This document shows positions 11,643 to 24,049 of a stretch of DNA of 64,000 nt, piece after piece. This DNA is from Octopus sinensis (taxonomy: Eukaryota), in the NCBI RefSeq assembly GCF_006345805.1, contig NC_043001.1, positions 78,058,001-78,122,000 on the forward strand, given 5' to 3'. The notes under the pieces were generated by a model. The model was given only the letters and a program-made list of their open reading frames with translations. It was not told the DNA's origin and ran no database searches. Numbering within the stretch: position 1 is the stretch's first letter; every line of letters begins with the position of its first letter. Position numbers and translations under genes: made by a program.

Positions 11643-13675
11643 GGTTCGGTAATTCGCGTGAATGGACATCTATCGAGACCCTTCGACATCGCACGTTCGG
11701 TCCGTCAGAGATGCCCCCTCACGTCGCTTCTATACGTATTGACTCTCGAGCCATTATTGCGGAAGCTGGCAAATTTGAGGGGCATCCCGCGAGAACTGGG
11801 ATGCGGGACGAGCGTGTCTGCATACGCGGACGACGTCACCGTCATAGTGTCTAGCCACGAGCACATCGAGCAGGTCGGCGAGACACTGAAAAACTACGAA
11901 GCGGTGACAGGAGCGAAAATCAACCGGGAAAAGTCAGTGGGCTTGCGACTAGGCACCTGGAGAAGCAAGCCCATGCCGTCCACCAGCGCCTTCGTCGTGG
12001 GACGCTGGACCGACGGCCCGGTTGAGTTGCTCGGGGTCTGGTTGGTCCGGACCTCCAAGTGGAGAAGAACTGGAAGAGATAACGAGTAGGGTGGTCACTC
12101 TCGCCCGGCAATGGGCCGAGAGGAAAACTGTCCCTAAAAGGTCGGGCGGAGGTGGCGAACACGTACATCGCGTCCGTCATCTACTACTGCCTGACCGTCG
12201 TACCTTGTCCCGACCCTACCATCACCAAACTACAACGCATTCTCTTTCGCTTCTTGTGGAAAGGATGCGTCCCGATGGCGATCCATTTGCTGTCAACACC
12301 CGCTTAAAAGGAGGGGCTGGGCATGCCTGGGTTGATGATGCGCAGACACGCGCTGAGACTGCGACATCTCTGGCTCTCTAAGAGGACGACGGTGAACAGG
12401 TGTGGTCGCCGTTTGTGAGGCACCGCTTTTCCGCAGCTCGTCTCCATGACCGAACTGCAGTCGTGGATCAAAAAGAGGCTGAGGAGGGCGAATGGCACCG
12501 CGAGTTGTCGCGTTGCTCTCAAGCAACTCTGCCGTCCCGGGTCGACCTTGAGTGACTTCAACCAAAACCAAAGCATTCTATAGGGGATTAGTGGAGGGGA
12601 GGTACGACACGAGCTCGGGCGCGAACCTGGACGTCGACGAGGAGTACCTGACCCGCCTGTTCAGGACGACTTTCGTGCCAGGGCCCATGGACAACTTCCA
12701 GGGATCCCTGGCCTGGAAGTGCTAACGAGAAGCGCTACCCGTTCGGGATAAGCTCTACAGACACGGCTCGAGAAACAACGGGGCCGACCTGCCCGAGATG
12801 CGGTCAGAGCGACGACGAAACCGTTCTGCAGTACTCGTGCAGTGTCCAACAATTTCCGACCTGTGGGCTTATGTCGAACAACTGCTGTCACGTGTGGGAC
12901 AAGTCGGTTTATCAGCTGAGTCTATCGTCAATATTGTCACGCCTCCTTCCTTCAAACGGAAGGAGAGCTATTTTCATCATCCTTGTGGCTATGGCGAAAG
13001 AATGTATCTGGTGGACGCGTCTGAAAGGATTGGAGACAACACTTTCCTCTCTGGTCAATCTCTCATCAACTTCTTCAAGTACCACTTGAAGGAAAGTGAG
13101 AGTAGAGAGGCAAGTTTTGTCTAGCGAATGTTTTAAAAAAAAGATGGTGAATGTAGCAAGGATGGCACGTATGAATGACGAAGCCACCCTTGAACATAAT
13201 CCTATGAACCCAGAAATTGAAAACAGAGGTTTACCCACTTGCAAACAAATGTGGTAACATATAACAATATTGACCAAGGTTACCGTGGTCTTTTTCGTAG
13301 GTTTTCTTTTCTTCCCACGGATAACCTTACCTTGCTTTCCCCCCTTTACCACACCATATTCATAACACTGTGATACACGATCCCTATTGATCGTTCTTTT
13401 TTTTTCTCTCCCCTTTTTTCCCCTTTTTTCTTCTTTTTTCATTTCTCTTTCCTTTGTTCCTTTCCTTTTATTTTTTTTTTATTTTTATTCTTTTTATTTT
13501 ATTCAATTTTTTTTTTTTTTTGTTCTTTTCTTCCCTTTTACGATCCCTCTTGATCGAAAACCTACGCCACCCCCTTTTTTTTTCTTTGTTGTTTGTTCTC
13601 TTCATCCCCCAAAAAAAAGCTCTACCTTGTAACTTGTCCCATCTGTGTGCAGTCCTGTGTGACCAATAAAGAAAC

Positions 13676-13676
<1 letters not shown>
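11643..13676 (+). mobile_element. 5'-truncated L1/Tx1-clade non-LTR retrotransposon: RT C-half, CCHC zinc knuckle and 3' UTR
   Basis: Motifs RSVRQRCP..LLYVLTLEPLL, SAYADDVT, GAKINREKS, LSLKGRAEV, KGGLG and CPRC-x8-H-x4-C (one-base deletion at the His codon). A T-rich 3' UTR ends AATAAAGAAACT. Several single-base frameshifts are present. Confidence 0.93.
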
Positions 13677-13757
<81 letters not shown>

Positions 13758-13767
13758 GTCTATCTGC

Positions 13768-13819
<52 letters not shown>

Positions 13820-13830
13820 TTATCTATCTA

Positions 13831-13878
<48 letters not shown>
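13677..13878. repeat. (TATC)n grading into (TGTC)n, right flank of the Tx1 LINE
   Basis: Tandem repeat begins immediately after the element's 3' end. Confidence 0.97.
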
Positions 13879-13879
<1 letters not shown>

Positions 13880-14522
13880 ATGTACGTATTTATGTATGTA
13901 GGTATGTATGCATGTACGTATTTATGATTTTATTCTTTTACGCGTTTTCAACCCACCGGCTGTGACCAAGCTGAGGCACCGCCATTGACATCACCTTTTC
14001 AGTAGTCACTCTCATGTGTTTGGCCTTTGGTGAAGGAGCGAGTTGATAAGGCTACACTCGTATGAGTTTCATGCCTTGCTGCATATGTACGCCATTTGTG
14101 CGTGTGTGTGTGTGTATGTTTCTTGTTTACGTCATTAATATTTAAAAACTTCGTGAGACGTGAAATAAATTGATTTTAAAAGTGGAACTCGAATTTTATA
14201 AATCTATAAATAATGGCGTTGAAATATTGTGTTAAGATATCCTTAAATGGAAAATTTCAAAGGTTGCTCGAGGCAATCGAACCCACATGTTCAGTAAATG
14301 ACAGGCGTTTTAGTACTGTGTGCCACTTCAAAATATCGTTTAGCAGATACGTTCTTCTATTCTACAACACGACACATTAGGAAAGTCTTTTTTTATATAA
14401 TCATTGATGGCCCATTTACTTGTAAAGGAATATGCTAGACTAGACGAAAACCACTGAAGCGCATCATATATATTATATATATATATATATAATATATATA
14501 ATATATATATATATATATGAAG

Positions 14523-14555
<33 letters not shown>

Positions 14556-14559
14556 TATA

Positions 14560-14766
14560 AAAGTTAATCCAAACATGAAAACACAAAGAGAAAACACAAG
14601 AACGCGAGGAGATGGAAACAAGTATAGTGTTATTGGATGCTCGGGAAAGAAAAGAAGGAGGACTTAACGTTTCGAGCGGAGCTTCTTCGTCAGAAACAGA
14701 ACATAAAAGATCCAAGGAAGGGAAGACGGAGGAAAAAATCGCCAACGGTACACACCGCGGTCACAT
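14560..14766 (-). mobile_element. Small HHR-bearing repeat (PLE-terminal type) embedded in (TA)n
   Basis: Homologous to 24910-25088 (+), with (TA)n on both sides. Confidence 0.7.
14662..14698 (-). ncRNA. Minimal type-I hammerhead ribozyme motif
   Basis: TGTTT-CTGACGA-AGAAGC-TCC-GCTC-GAAAC-GTT^AAGT; the core is intact but stem I is weakened. Confidence 0.6.
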
Positions 14767-14803
14767 TTATATATATATATATTATATATATATATATACA
14801 CAC

Positions 14804-14887
<84 letters not shown>

Positions 14888-14899
14888 TATGAAGGACAG

Positions 14900-15230
14900 C
14901 AAAAATGGGAACGTAAACATCCCTACAGATGATACAAAAAAAAAGGACAAGAAAAAACAAGGTCGAGTCATTCGGTGTTTTCTTTCCACACTCGAGTTCC
15001 AGATTATCTTTGCAATTTCGGTTAGTTATACTCTAGATTGCTCCAATCTAGCGAGCCCCAATGAAAAACTTACCTAAGGCCACTAGAATACCTTGGAAGA
15101 AAGCAGTGAATGTATACGAAAACAAGGACGATAAAAAACGGAGAAATGGTACACAAATACAAATGCAAATAACAGAACATTAACAACAGGTGCTTTTCGA
15201 CTAAGGACGAATCAAATTAAGCTGGCGTGT
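14900..15230 (-). repeat. Unclassified dispersed repeat (second copy at ~54735-54900, +)
   Basis: The two copies share tggggc..agatt..taac..ccgaaa.tg.aa.gataat.tgg..act.ga...cgaatgac..g.ccttg. Confidence 0.6.
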
Positions 15231-15283
15231 GTGTAAGTGACGTATTATGGCAGGGACATAAGAGATGACAAGTATGGGGAAGA

Positions 15284-15317
<34 letters not shown>

Positions 15318-16574
15318 GTATATCTGTGTGTATGCTTATACGTACATGCTCACAGACACACTTATATAAATTTATACATGAGTGCGTGTGCATTTTTATG
15401 CTTGCGTATTTTTATGCTTGTGCATTTTTATGCTTGTGTATACACATCATCATATAACTACCTGAGTTGATTTGCTTTCGTTCCCGTAGTCTAGTTCGGT
15501 AAGAGTAGCTCGACATTACGTATCAGACTTTAAAAAATATAAGCATTTAGATTTGATCGACTGCATCTTTTAAGGTATAGCTACAGAACGGCAGCATTTC
15601 AATGACTGGAAAATGTAAAAGAACATATAAATGCATAAATCGGAATGTAAATAAGAAAGAAAGAGTAAGTGGTATTCGATATTAGAAAATGAAGTAGATC
15701 TTCTACAAAACATTTCTTTCTATTTTCTTGTTGTCGACCTTCGGATATTTATGAACAATGGAAGAACAATGTAATTTAATATTTAGAAAGTATATGGAGA
15801 AGATTTTGAAACGTATAATGAAAAATGGCTTGGTAATGGGAAATAGCAAAAAAGATATTATTGGTTGATAAAATATGACGTCTATATATTTTGTTCGAAA
15901 GTGGAAGATGACACTTTTGCGTATCTGAAATAAAAACATTACAACATAGGAAAGTAAAAATGATTTCAACGATTTTCTTTATGCTTCTGAAAGGTATGTT
16001 TATGCTGATAGAACTTTACTTTAAAAGAACTTCTAATTGGCCTAATATATGATTTAGGAAGAAGCAAGTGGATATTAAGATTGTAGCACAGTAGTTGACT
16101 GCTTTCAAAAGGCTTTTATATTAAGAGGATTATTAGTAGGAACACTGAAGATACATGTGAAAGTGGAGTGTGTGCTATCTTTCTAAGCTGCATTTTTGTC
16201 ATTGAAAATGACAATAAATGCTGTGAAGTTATAGTAAAAAAACACACAAGAAATAAACAACAGTATATGAAAGAGAAAAGCTGTTTTAACAAGCGGTGTT
16301 TTCTCCTCAGTAACTGCAGTGAATCTGCCTTTAGAAATTAAAATATGTTACAAACACATTTTAACTAACCTGAAGTTCGTATATTTCTCACCACTGCTTT
16401 TCGTTCATACCATTGCATCTATTCCGGCCGGACGGTCCGCGATCGTAACTCAGTTGATTGTTTTGAGTTAAAGCAACGGCTTTAGAATCTACTCAAGAAC
16501 ACGGACGGGTTATTCGAAGCAATTAATCTTCAGTCAAGAACCGGATTATCCTCGCAATTTCAGCTGATATATAC

Positions 16575-16770
16575 AAAACGAGGTGGGGCTGAAAAGTTCC
16601 TAGCTTCGATAAAAGGAAATATAGGAGGATCAGTTGGTTTAATTTTATTTAACATATTTCCTTTTTTAGATTTACACACTTATCGCAGCTGTCTGCAGTT
16701 TTTCCAAACTCTGTAAAGGAACTCGGAAGGTTATCCCTCAAACCAGGCCATTTGCGATACCCTTGAAACT
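16575..16770. mobile_element. Mariner-type MITE fragment
   Basis: acgaggtggggctgaaaagttcctagctt TIR; same family as 9584-9725. Confidence 0.6.
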
Positions 16771-16822
<52 letters not shown>

Positions 16823-16829
16823 ACACACA

Positions 16830-16868
<39 letters not shown>

Positions 16869-17350
16869 ATTTGAGTAGGGTTTAATTAAACTGGCGGTGG
16901 CATGCTTCGTCAAGTCTAAAACAGTTTCAGGAAATGACAGAAAGAGCACATTGTATTTTCCTTGTTGCTCTGTTTCCTCTCGATTGCTTTCTTTATCGAG
17001 TTTCTCTTTATATATGTATATACACACACGCATATAGCCATCTAAGCACGCGCTCGTTTATGAACACCGTGTCGGTGTACAGGGTTATGTATGCATATAT
17101 ATATATATGTGGGGGGTGTATAAATTTATATGAATAAGGTTAAGATCGATATTTAAATACCGATTTTATCAGGTGGCCAGCATGGGAATAAAAACCTTCA
17201 AATGTAATAATTATTTAAAATTTCAATTTAAGGTATCTAAAAGATACCACCACGCTGGAAATAGCAGTCAAAAATTGACACGAAAACCACATTAAATGTT
17301 CATACAGCACCAGGAGAGAAGACAAAAAAACAAAATAAACTAGCAAGAAA

Positions 17351-17409
17351 ATTCCAGATCCCGGATTTCTGGTTCTGCATAAGAAATCCTCTGCCTTCAT
17401 CAGTGGAAT
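17351..17409 (-). ncRNA. Type-I hammerhead ribozyme motif
   Basis: ATTCCA-CTGATGA-A-GG...CC-A-GAA-ATCC-G-GGAT-C^TGGAAT: 6-bp stem I, intact core, palindromic helix III, AUC triplet. Confidence 0.65.
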
Positions 17410-17646
17410 ATACACAGAAAGCACATAAATACAAGGATATATATATGTATATATATATATATATATTATATATATATATAAAATTACTTTGCCGCATACT
17501 GAACTCATTAGAAATAGCAGCCAAAAAAAACTTTTTTAAAACTATTTCTAATACTTAAAGAAAACCTCTCTCATATAGTGTTTGCTCAATTCAACTCACG
17601 AAAATATGGGGGTAGAGACATTAAAAAATCAAGTGCAAAGGTTATT

Positions 17647-17699
17647 TGAGAACGTACGTTTCAAGATTAGTCAAACTCGACATTTCTATCATCAGCTCA
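17647..17699 (-). ncRNA. Type-I hammerhead ribozyme motif
   Basis: TGAG-CTGATGA-T-AGA-AAT-GTCGAGTTTGAC-TAA-TCT-T-GAA-ACGTACGT-T^CTCA, with a perfect palindromic helix III. Confidence 0.72.
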
Positions 17700-18435
17700 G
17701 AACTCCCTGGTTTGGATTTGAAAACACTGAAAGTGGGAGCATACCCTTTCGGCTTCCTATCGCTTCTGAAGATCTTAAGGGTTTCTAGTGTATAGAAGTT
17801 TTGTATAGTGTATAGAAAAGATGTTAGATAAATGCATGCCAATATTGTTCACTAAGTTACTTGTAATTTCTTAGATGTGGTCTGAACGACTCTATGTTAA
17901 CTTTTACATTTTTTTCTCAATGAGTAGATGTAGTCTGAAAGACTCTATGTTAACTTTTAAGTTTTTCCTCTCATTGAGCAGTGATATTCTGCGAAATGAG
18001 CAATTAGTTTAAACGTTTAGATGTGTCAGTGTGTAATACTCATGTTGCTTTTACTAGCGAGCTTATCCTCTCGATATAAGCCGCCCTCTCAACTGATGCA
18101 GTCATGCAATATCCATAAGATATGGAGACCAATACACTCGCACGTGTCCACAGCTTCTAGACTACCACTTAATATATCAAAAGTATTGACATAAAAGTCT
18201 GCAACGGAGATAGAATATCTTATCTTCTTGAATGTATAATTATTTTTCTATCAAAATCATTTTCCAAATATGATTTGTAGTGAAAACTTATTCTTTTTTA
18301 AGTGAATATTCAGTTATCGGAAAACAAATTTCAATAACGTTATACGGAAGATTTTAAAATATGCATATTACTAATTTTATTACAATTTAGTGAAAGAGAT
18401 ACTGTTATTCCGAAGAAGCAATTAGGTTTTTTGCA

Positions 18436-18487
<52 letters not shown>

Positions 18488-18604
18488 GATGCTACTGCTG
18501 CTGCGGCTGCTACTGCTGCTGCCACTACTATTACTGATGATGATATTAACAACAACAATAACAACAACAACAACAACAACAACAATAATAATAATAATAA
18601 TAAT

Positions 18605-18636
<32 letters not shown>

Positions 18637-18717
18637 AATATATTTTGAATGACATAACAATGCACTATAATACAAAAAATGGACTATGATAACTTGTAAT
18701 TTATTCATCCACAGTCT

Positions 18718-18756
18718 GATATGATATTTCGGAATAAAATTCCTTCTTCAGATATC
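18718..18756 (-). ncRNA. Minimal type-I hammerhead ribozyme motif
   Basis: GATAT-CTGAAGA-A-GGAA-TTTTA-TTCC-GAA-ATAT-C^ATATC; all stems pair perfectly. Confidence 0.78.
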
Positions 18757-18939
18757 CCTAGGAATTCATGGAGTCGCTGGTATAATCGGTTTTCCAACGG
18801 CTTTTCTTTGATTTTTCGGAAGCGTCTCAGTAGTGGTCTCACGAAACTCCCTCTGGAGTTCCTCATGAGACATGCGTGATGTCTGCCATGTCTCAATCTC
18901 GTATGTGCTGGAACATCCTTAGAGCTGCTTCTAAGTTAT

Positions 18940-19460
18940 GTGTTATACGACAAAACTATAAAAGCTAATAAACCGGATATTATTATAAAAGATCAGACAA
19001 AAAAGGTATGTATATTAATTGGCATGAGTATTCCATGCGATCACAATATAGCGACGAAAGAATTTGACAAGGTCAGCAATATAAAGATTTTCTAACTGAA
19101 ATTGAAAAAAATTGGCATCTCAAGGCGACTACAGTATCAGTGATTGTAGGATCTCTAGGAATGATAAAAAAAAAGGTACTGAAACCTATTTGAAAATGAT
19201 ACCAGGCTTACCATCCCTACAGGAAGTGCAAAAAATCGTGTCAAATGGAACGACTCATGTACTGAGAAGAGCATTATCGCTGTGAAAACAACATCCATTC
19301 AGGAATTTATTTATTTATTATTTTTTAAAATACATATTTTACCTGTGAATTTGCATGTGTAATCTGGGAATGCATACAATAAGCTTCTCTGCCCTATTTG
19401 TAAGGAAAACACTCGGCGAGAAATGAAAGAATATTTGAAGAAAGAAGGAAAAAAATAATC
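18940..19460 (+). mobile_element. 3' fragment of an R4/Dong-type LINE (restriction-like endonuclease domain and 3' UTR)
   Basis: KANKPDIIIKD..K.CILI.MSIPCD.NI..KEFDK.SKYKD..TEI...W.LK.TTV.VIVG.LG matches the PD-(D/E)xK RLE pattern. This copy has a 1-bp frameshift relative to the duplicate. Confidence 0.85.
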
Positions 19461-19647
19461 CTTTCTACTAAAGCACACGGTCTAAATTTTGTGGTGGGGA
19501 GACTAGCCGAATACATCGACCCCAGTGCTTCACTGGTGCTTAATTTATGGACACCTCGGCAGGATATGAACTCAGACAGTAGTGACGGGTGAAATACCGT
19601 TAAGCATTTTGTCCAGCGAGCTAACGATTCTGCCTGCCCACCGCCTC

Positions 19648-19710
<63 letters not shown>

Positions 19711-19965
19711 TTTTCAACTTGCTAGGTGTGCTAACGATTCTGACAGAACACCGTCTTTTGATAAAACTAATCTTTTCTACTAAAGACACAAGGCCTGAAA
19801 ATTGTGATGAAGCAACTAGTTGAGTACATCATCCCAGTGTTTCATAGGAACTTTAATTTATCCACCCCGAAATGATGAAAGCAAAGTCGATCTCGGCTGA
19901 ATCTGAACTCAGGACGTAAATACCGCTGAACATTCGCCCGGCAAGCTAACGATTCTGACAGCTCA
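19460..19965 (-). mobile_element. Two SINE family A copies separated by (AAT)n
   Basis: Reverse-complement SINE-A motifs at ~19460-19648 and ~19765-19965; duplicated at ~20962-21466. Confidence 0.75.
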
Positions 19966-19981
19966 ATGTTTTTTCATAATG

Positions 19982-20029
<48 letters not shown>

Positions 20030-20062
20030 TAATAATAATACTAACAACAACAATAATAATAA

Positions 20063-20143
<81 letters not shown>

Positions 20144-20220
20144 TATTTTGAATGACATAACAATGCACTATAATACAAAAAATGGACTATGATAACTTGT
20201 AATTTATTCATCCACAGTCT

Positions 20221-20259
20221 GATATGATATTTCGGAATAAAATTCCTTCTTCAGATATC
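20221..20259 (-). ncRNA. Minimal type-I hammerhead motif (duplicate of 18718-18756)
   Basis: Identical sequence at an offset of 1503 bp. Confidence 0.78.
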
Positions 20260-20442
20260 CCTAGGAATTCATGGAGTCGCTGGTATAATCGGTTTTCCAA
20301 CGGCTTTTCTTTGATTTTTCGGAAGCGTCTCAGTAGTGGTCTCACGAAACTCCCTCTGGAGTTCCTCATGAGACATGCGTGATGTCTGCCATGTCTCAAT
20401 CTCGTATGTGCTGGAACATCCTTAGAGCTGCTTCTAAGTTAT

Positions 20443-20960
20443 GTGTTATACGACAAAACTATAAAAGCTAATAAACCGGATATTATTATAAAAGATCAGA
20501 CAAAAAAGGTATGTATATTAATTGGCATGAGTATTCCATGCGATCACAATATAGCGACGAAAGAATTTGACAAGGTCAGCAAATATAAAGATTTTCTAAC
20601 TGAAATTGAAAAAAATTGGCATCTCAAGGCGACTACAGTATCAGTGATTGTAGGATCTCTAGGAATGATAAAAAAAAAAGGTACTGAAACCTATTTGAAA
20701 ATGATACCAGGCTTACCATCCCTACAGGAAGTGCAAAAAATCGTGTCAAATGGAACGACTCATGTACTGAGAAGAGCATTATCGCTGTGAAAACAACATC
20801 CATTCAGGAATTTATTTATTTATTATTTTTTAAAATACATATTTTACCTGTGAATTTGCATGTGTAATCTGGGAATGCATACAATAAGCTTCTCTGCCCT
20901 ATTTGTAAGGAAAACACTCGGCGAGAAATGAAAGAATATTTGAAGAAAGAAGGAAAAAAA
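20443..20960 (+). mobile_element. Duplicate R4/Dong-type LINE 3' fragment (open RLE frame 20443-20790)
   Basis: The 115-aa ORF ends ...GTTHVLRRALSL*, a typical R4-clade C-terminus. Confidence 0.87.
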
Positions 20961-21152
20961 TAATCCTTTCTACTAAAGCACACGGTCTAAATTTTGTGGT
21001 GGGGAGACTAGCCGAATACATCGACCCCAGTGCTTCACTGGTGCTTAATTTATGGACACCTCGGCAGGATATGAACTCAGACAGTAGTGACGGGTGAAAT
21101 ACCGTTAAGCATTTTGTCCAGCGAGCTAACGATTCTGCCTGCCCACCGCCTC

Positions 21153-21210
<58 letters not shown>

Positions 21211-21481
21211 TTTTCAACTTGCTAGGTGTGCTAACGATTCTGACAGAACACCGTCTTTTGATAAAACTAATCTTTTCTACTAAAGACACAAGGCCTGAAA
21301 ATTGTGATGAAGCAACTAGTTGAGTACATCATCCCAGTGTTTCATAGGAACTTTAATTTATCCACCCCGAAATGATGAAAGCAAAGTCGATCTCGGCTGA
21401 ATCTGAACTCAGGACGTAAATACCGCTGAACATTCGCCCGGCAAGCTAACGATTCTGACAGCTCAATGTTTTTTCATAATG

Positions 21482-21547
<66 letters not shown>

Positions 21548-21556
21548 AACAACAAC

Positions 21557-21619
<63 letters not shown>

Positions 21620-21699
21620 TATAATAATAATAACAACAATAATAATAATAAAATTTCAATTTCCTGAGACGGGAAACTTTAAAATAAACCATTGCTTAG

Positions 21700-21890
21700 A
21701 TTAATGATCCGTTTAGTATTAATGTGAGTACAGGTAATGCTAAACTCTTCTTTAATTTATTGGATCAATATTCTCGAAAAATGCCATAGGTATAAGAATT
21801 TTAATGGGAATATTGAATTAAATTCCAAACATACAACATTTTTTTCAGCAGAAATAGCAAATATTAATCATACACATCTTACACCGTTTT
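21700..21890 (+). mobile_element. Penelope-like element coding fragment (region upstream of GIY-YIG)
   Basis: NVSTGNAKLFFNLLDQY..., then HRYKNFNGNIEL..., resembles the PLE segment NVxTxIGKxFLxLIDxHF...HKIFNRxxIK. Confidence 0.5.
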
Positions 21891-22399
21891 CTCTACCAAT
21901 GTCTAACATTTCGTATAATTGGTTTAACCTTGTACATTGGTGCTGGGTTAATTGGTAATAATTTTCAACTCTATAATTTATGATCAAGCATGGCTCACTT
22001 TGGTTTCAGATTCAGTCTCACTGCGTGACACCGAGTATAACTGTCTCTTACTATAACCCCGGGCCGATCAAATCCTTGGATCCTTGTGAAGAACGTTGAT
22101 AGATAAAAACTGAGTCCGCCGTATGAAAAGAAAGCAGCTCCGATAACGGAGAGTGTCAATAACTATTGAAGAGGTTGCAAGAAGCAACGAAAATGAGTGG
22201 AAATCGAACCGGTGGATGTGTTACCTAATAAGGCATTAAAACAGAATGATTCTCCCCAGACACAATAATATACACCCACCCACACACGCACACACATACA
22301 CACACCACACATAGTTCAAACGTTAGATAGAGAAGGGACAAATAGACGAAAACTGGGCGAAAACGGGCCACTCGACTGCAGTAATAGCGGGAAGAGCCT

Positions 22400-22730
22400 T
22401 TAGGGGTTTAGTTGAATAAATCGACCCCACTACTTATTTCTTAAAGCATGATACGTATTTTATCGGTATCTTTTGCCGAAATGCAAACTTACGAGGTTGT
22501 AAACAAACCAACACATATGTCTTTGTGTGTGCGTGTCTTTCTGCTTGTGTTCCTGCCCCACCGCACCTTGACAAACGGTTGCTTTGTTCAGCAGGTGTTA
22601 TGAGAAACCGAGAGAATAAGAATTTCGCTCAAAAATTAAGTACTGGGGTTAATTTGTTCAATTAATCTCTTTATAGTGGTGCCCCAGTATGGCCGCAGTT
22701 TAATGAATGAAACAAGTAAACGATGAAGGA
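22400..22730. mobile_element. Inverted pair of SINE family B 3' halves
   Basis: Minus-strand fragment at ~22400-22515 and plus-strand fragment at ~22530-22730. Confidence 0.55.
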
Positions 22731-23882
22731 CATCGTCTTAGCTAAGAAAATATGAAAGTTTAACGAACCAGAATATGGAAATCGTCTGACAAGAATTGAC
22801 GCGACATTTAATATCGCTTGTACCCGGGCGACACTGACACGGCACCTGCTTTGATCTTGAATGAGGCGGAGTATGCGGGCACAAGCGATGTTGAGGAAGA
22901 ATATTGAGAAGAGTTAGAAAGACCTCAGTATTATTGAAAGTTCCGAGTTTGGAAAGAAAGGTAAGAGGCTTAGCGCCTCATTTTGTTATTGAATTTTGTT
23001 ATTGAATATTGTAAACAGTGTAGAGGTTTGTTGCCTCATGAACAATATTCAAGAGATCAATGTTCTCGGGAAAAATCTTTCGGCGGGCGTCGCTTTTCGT
23101 CCATTAACCATTATTTTTATTTTCATTTCATATAACATTATGTCTACGTCCAGCCCGCAGCTTCTTTTCTCTGTGTAAGGTCTTATGGCCAATATAATGA
23201 AATAATGAATTGACGCGCCATTTCTTAATTGCCATATCCTGTTAAAACAACACCAAAATGAGGAACACAGATTAGATAATAAATTACAAAGTGCCTTAAT
23301 CTCGATTCAACATCTTCTGGCAGTCACGATCGCAAATTTTAGAATAGCTGTAAATATAAAGTTAGATACAAGCGATATGATTATGCTAAGGTGGCTGTCT
23401 CGTGCGAGAGCAATATCAGATAGTATATATGAGCGAAAACATCATACGTGTATGACAATGTGCGAAAGAAGGTAGAGTTTCTGAATGTATGACAGTGCTA
23501 ATCCCAATGCGTAAAATACTTGTGAGATATTGAAGCTACTACACACTACATAAAATCAAATCTTTTGCGAGTTAACTTTAGATAATTTGACGACAATATA
23601 ACCTGAAATGTGGAGTACCCCTCGTTGAGTAATTATCACTTCCGTGGTTCTGCTAGCTAGTGAATTATATGTAGTCTGGATTTTATCTGCTCTGTCCCTT
23701 CAATTCGGATTTTATTCGTATGCACAACAAGCCTTTTTGTTTATCGAACTTTGATATAGAAAGAATTCTACGCCAATGAATTACTATTGTTCCTGATAGA
23801 TGTTTTGTTACACTTTCTACGGTCTGGTGGGTGATTGCTAACTTCTTCATGATTGATACTTGGATTTTACATTCATATATAT

Positions 23883-23948
<66 letters not shown>

Positions 23949-24049
23949 AGGGTAAATAATTTTTTCGATGGCTTTTCAGACAACCAACAATTATTTACTG
24001 GTAGATTTCGGTATGTAATTATGACCTTTAGCGGTGGGAACTTCTGTGG

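Noticed and set aside
16265-16315. CTGAGGA...AAAACAGCT on the minus strand resembling a decayed hammerhead
   Set aside because: GAAA and the cleavage triplet are not intact, and there is no convincing stem I.
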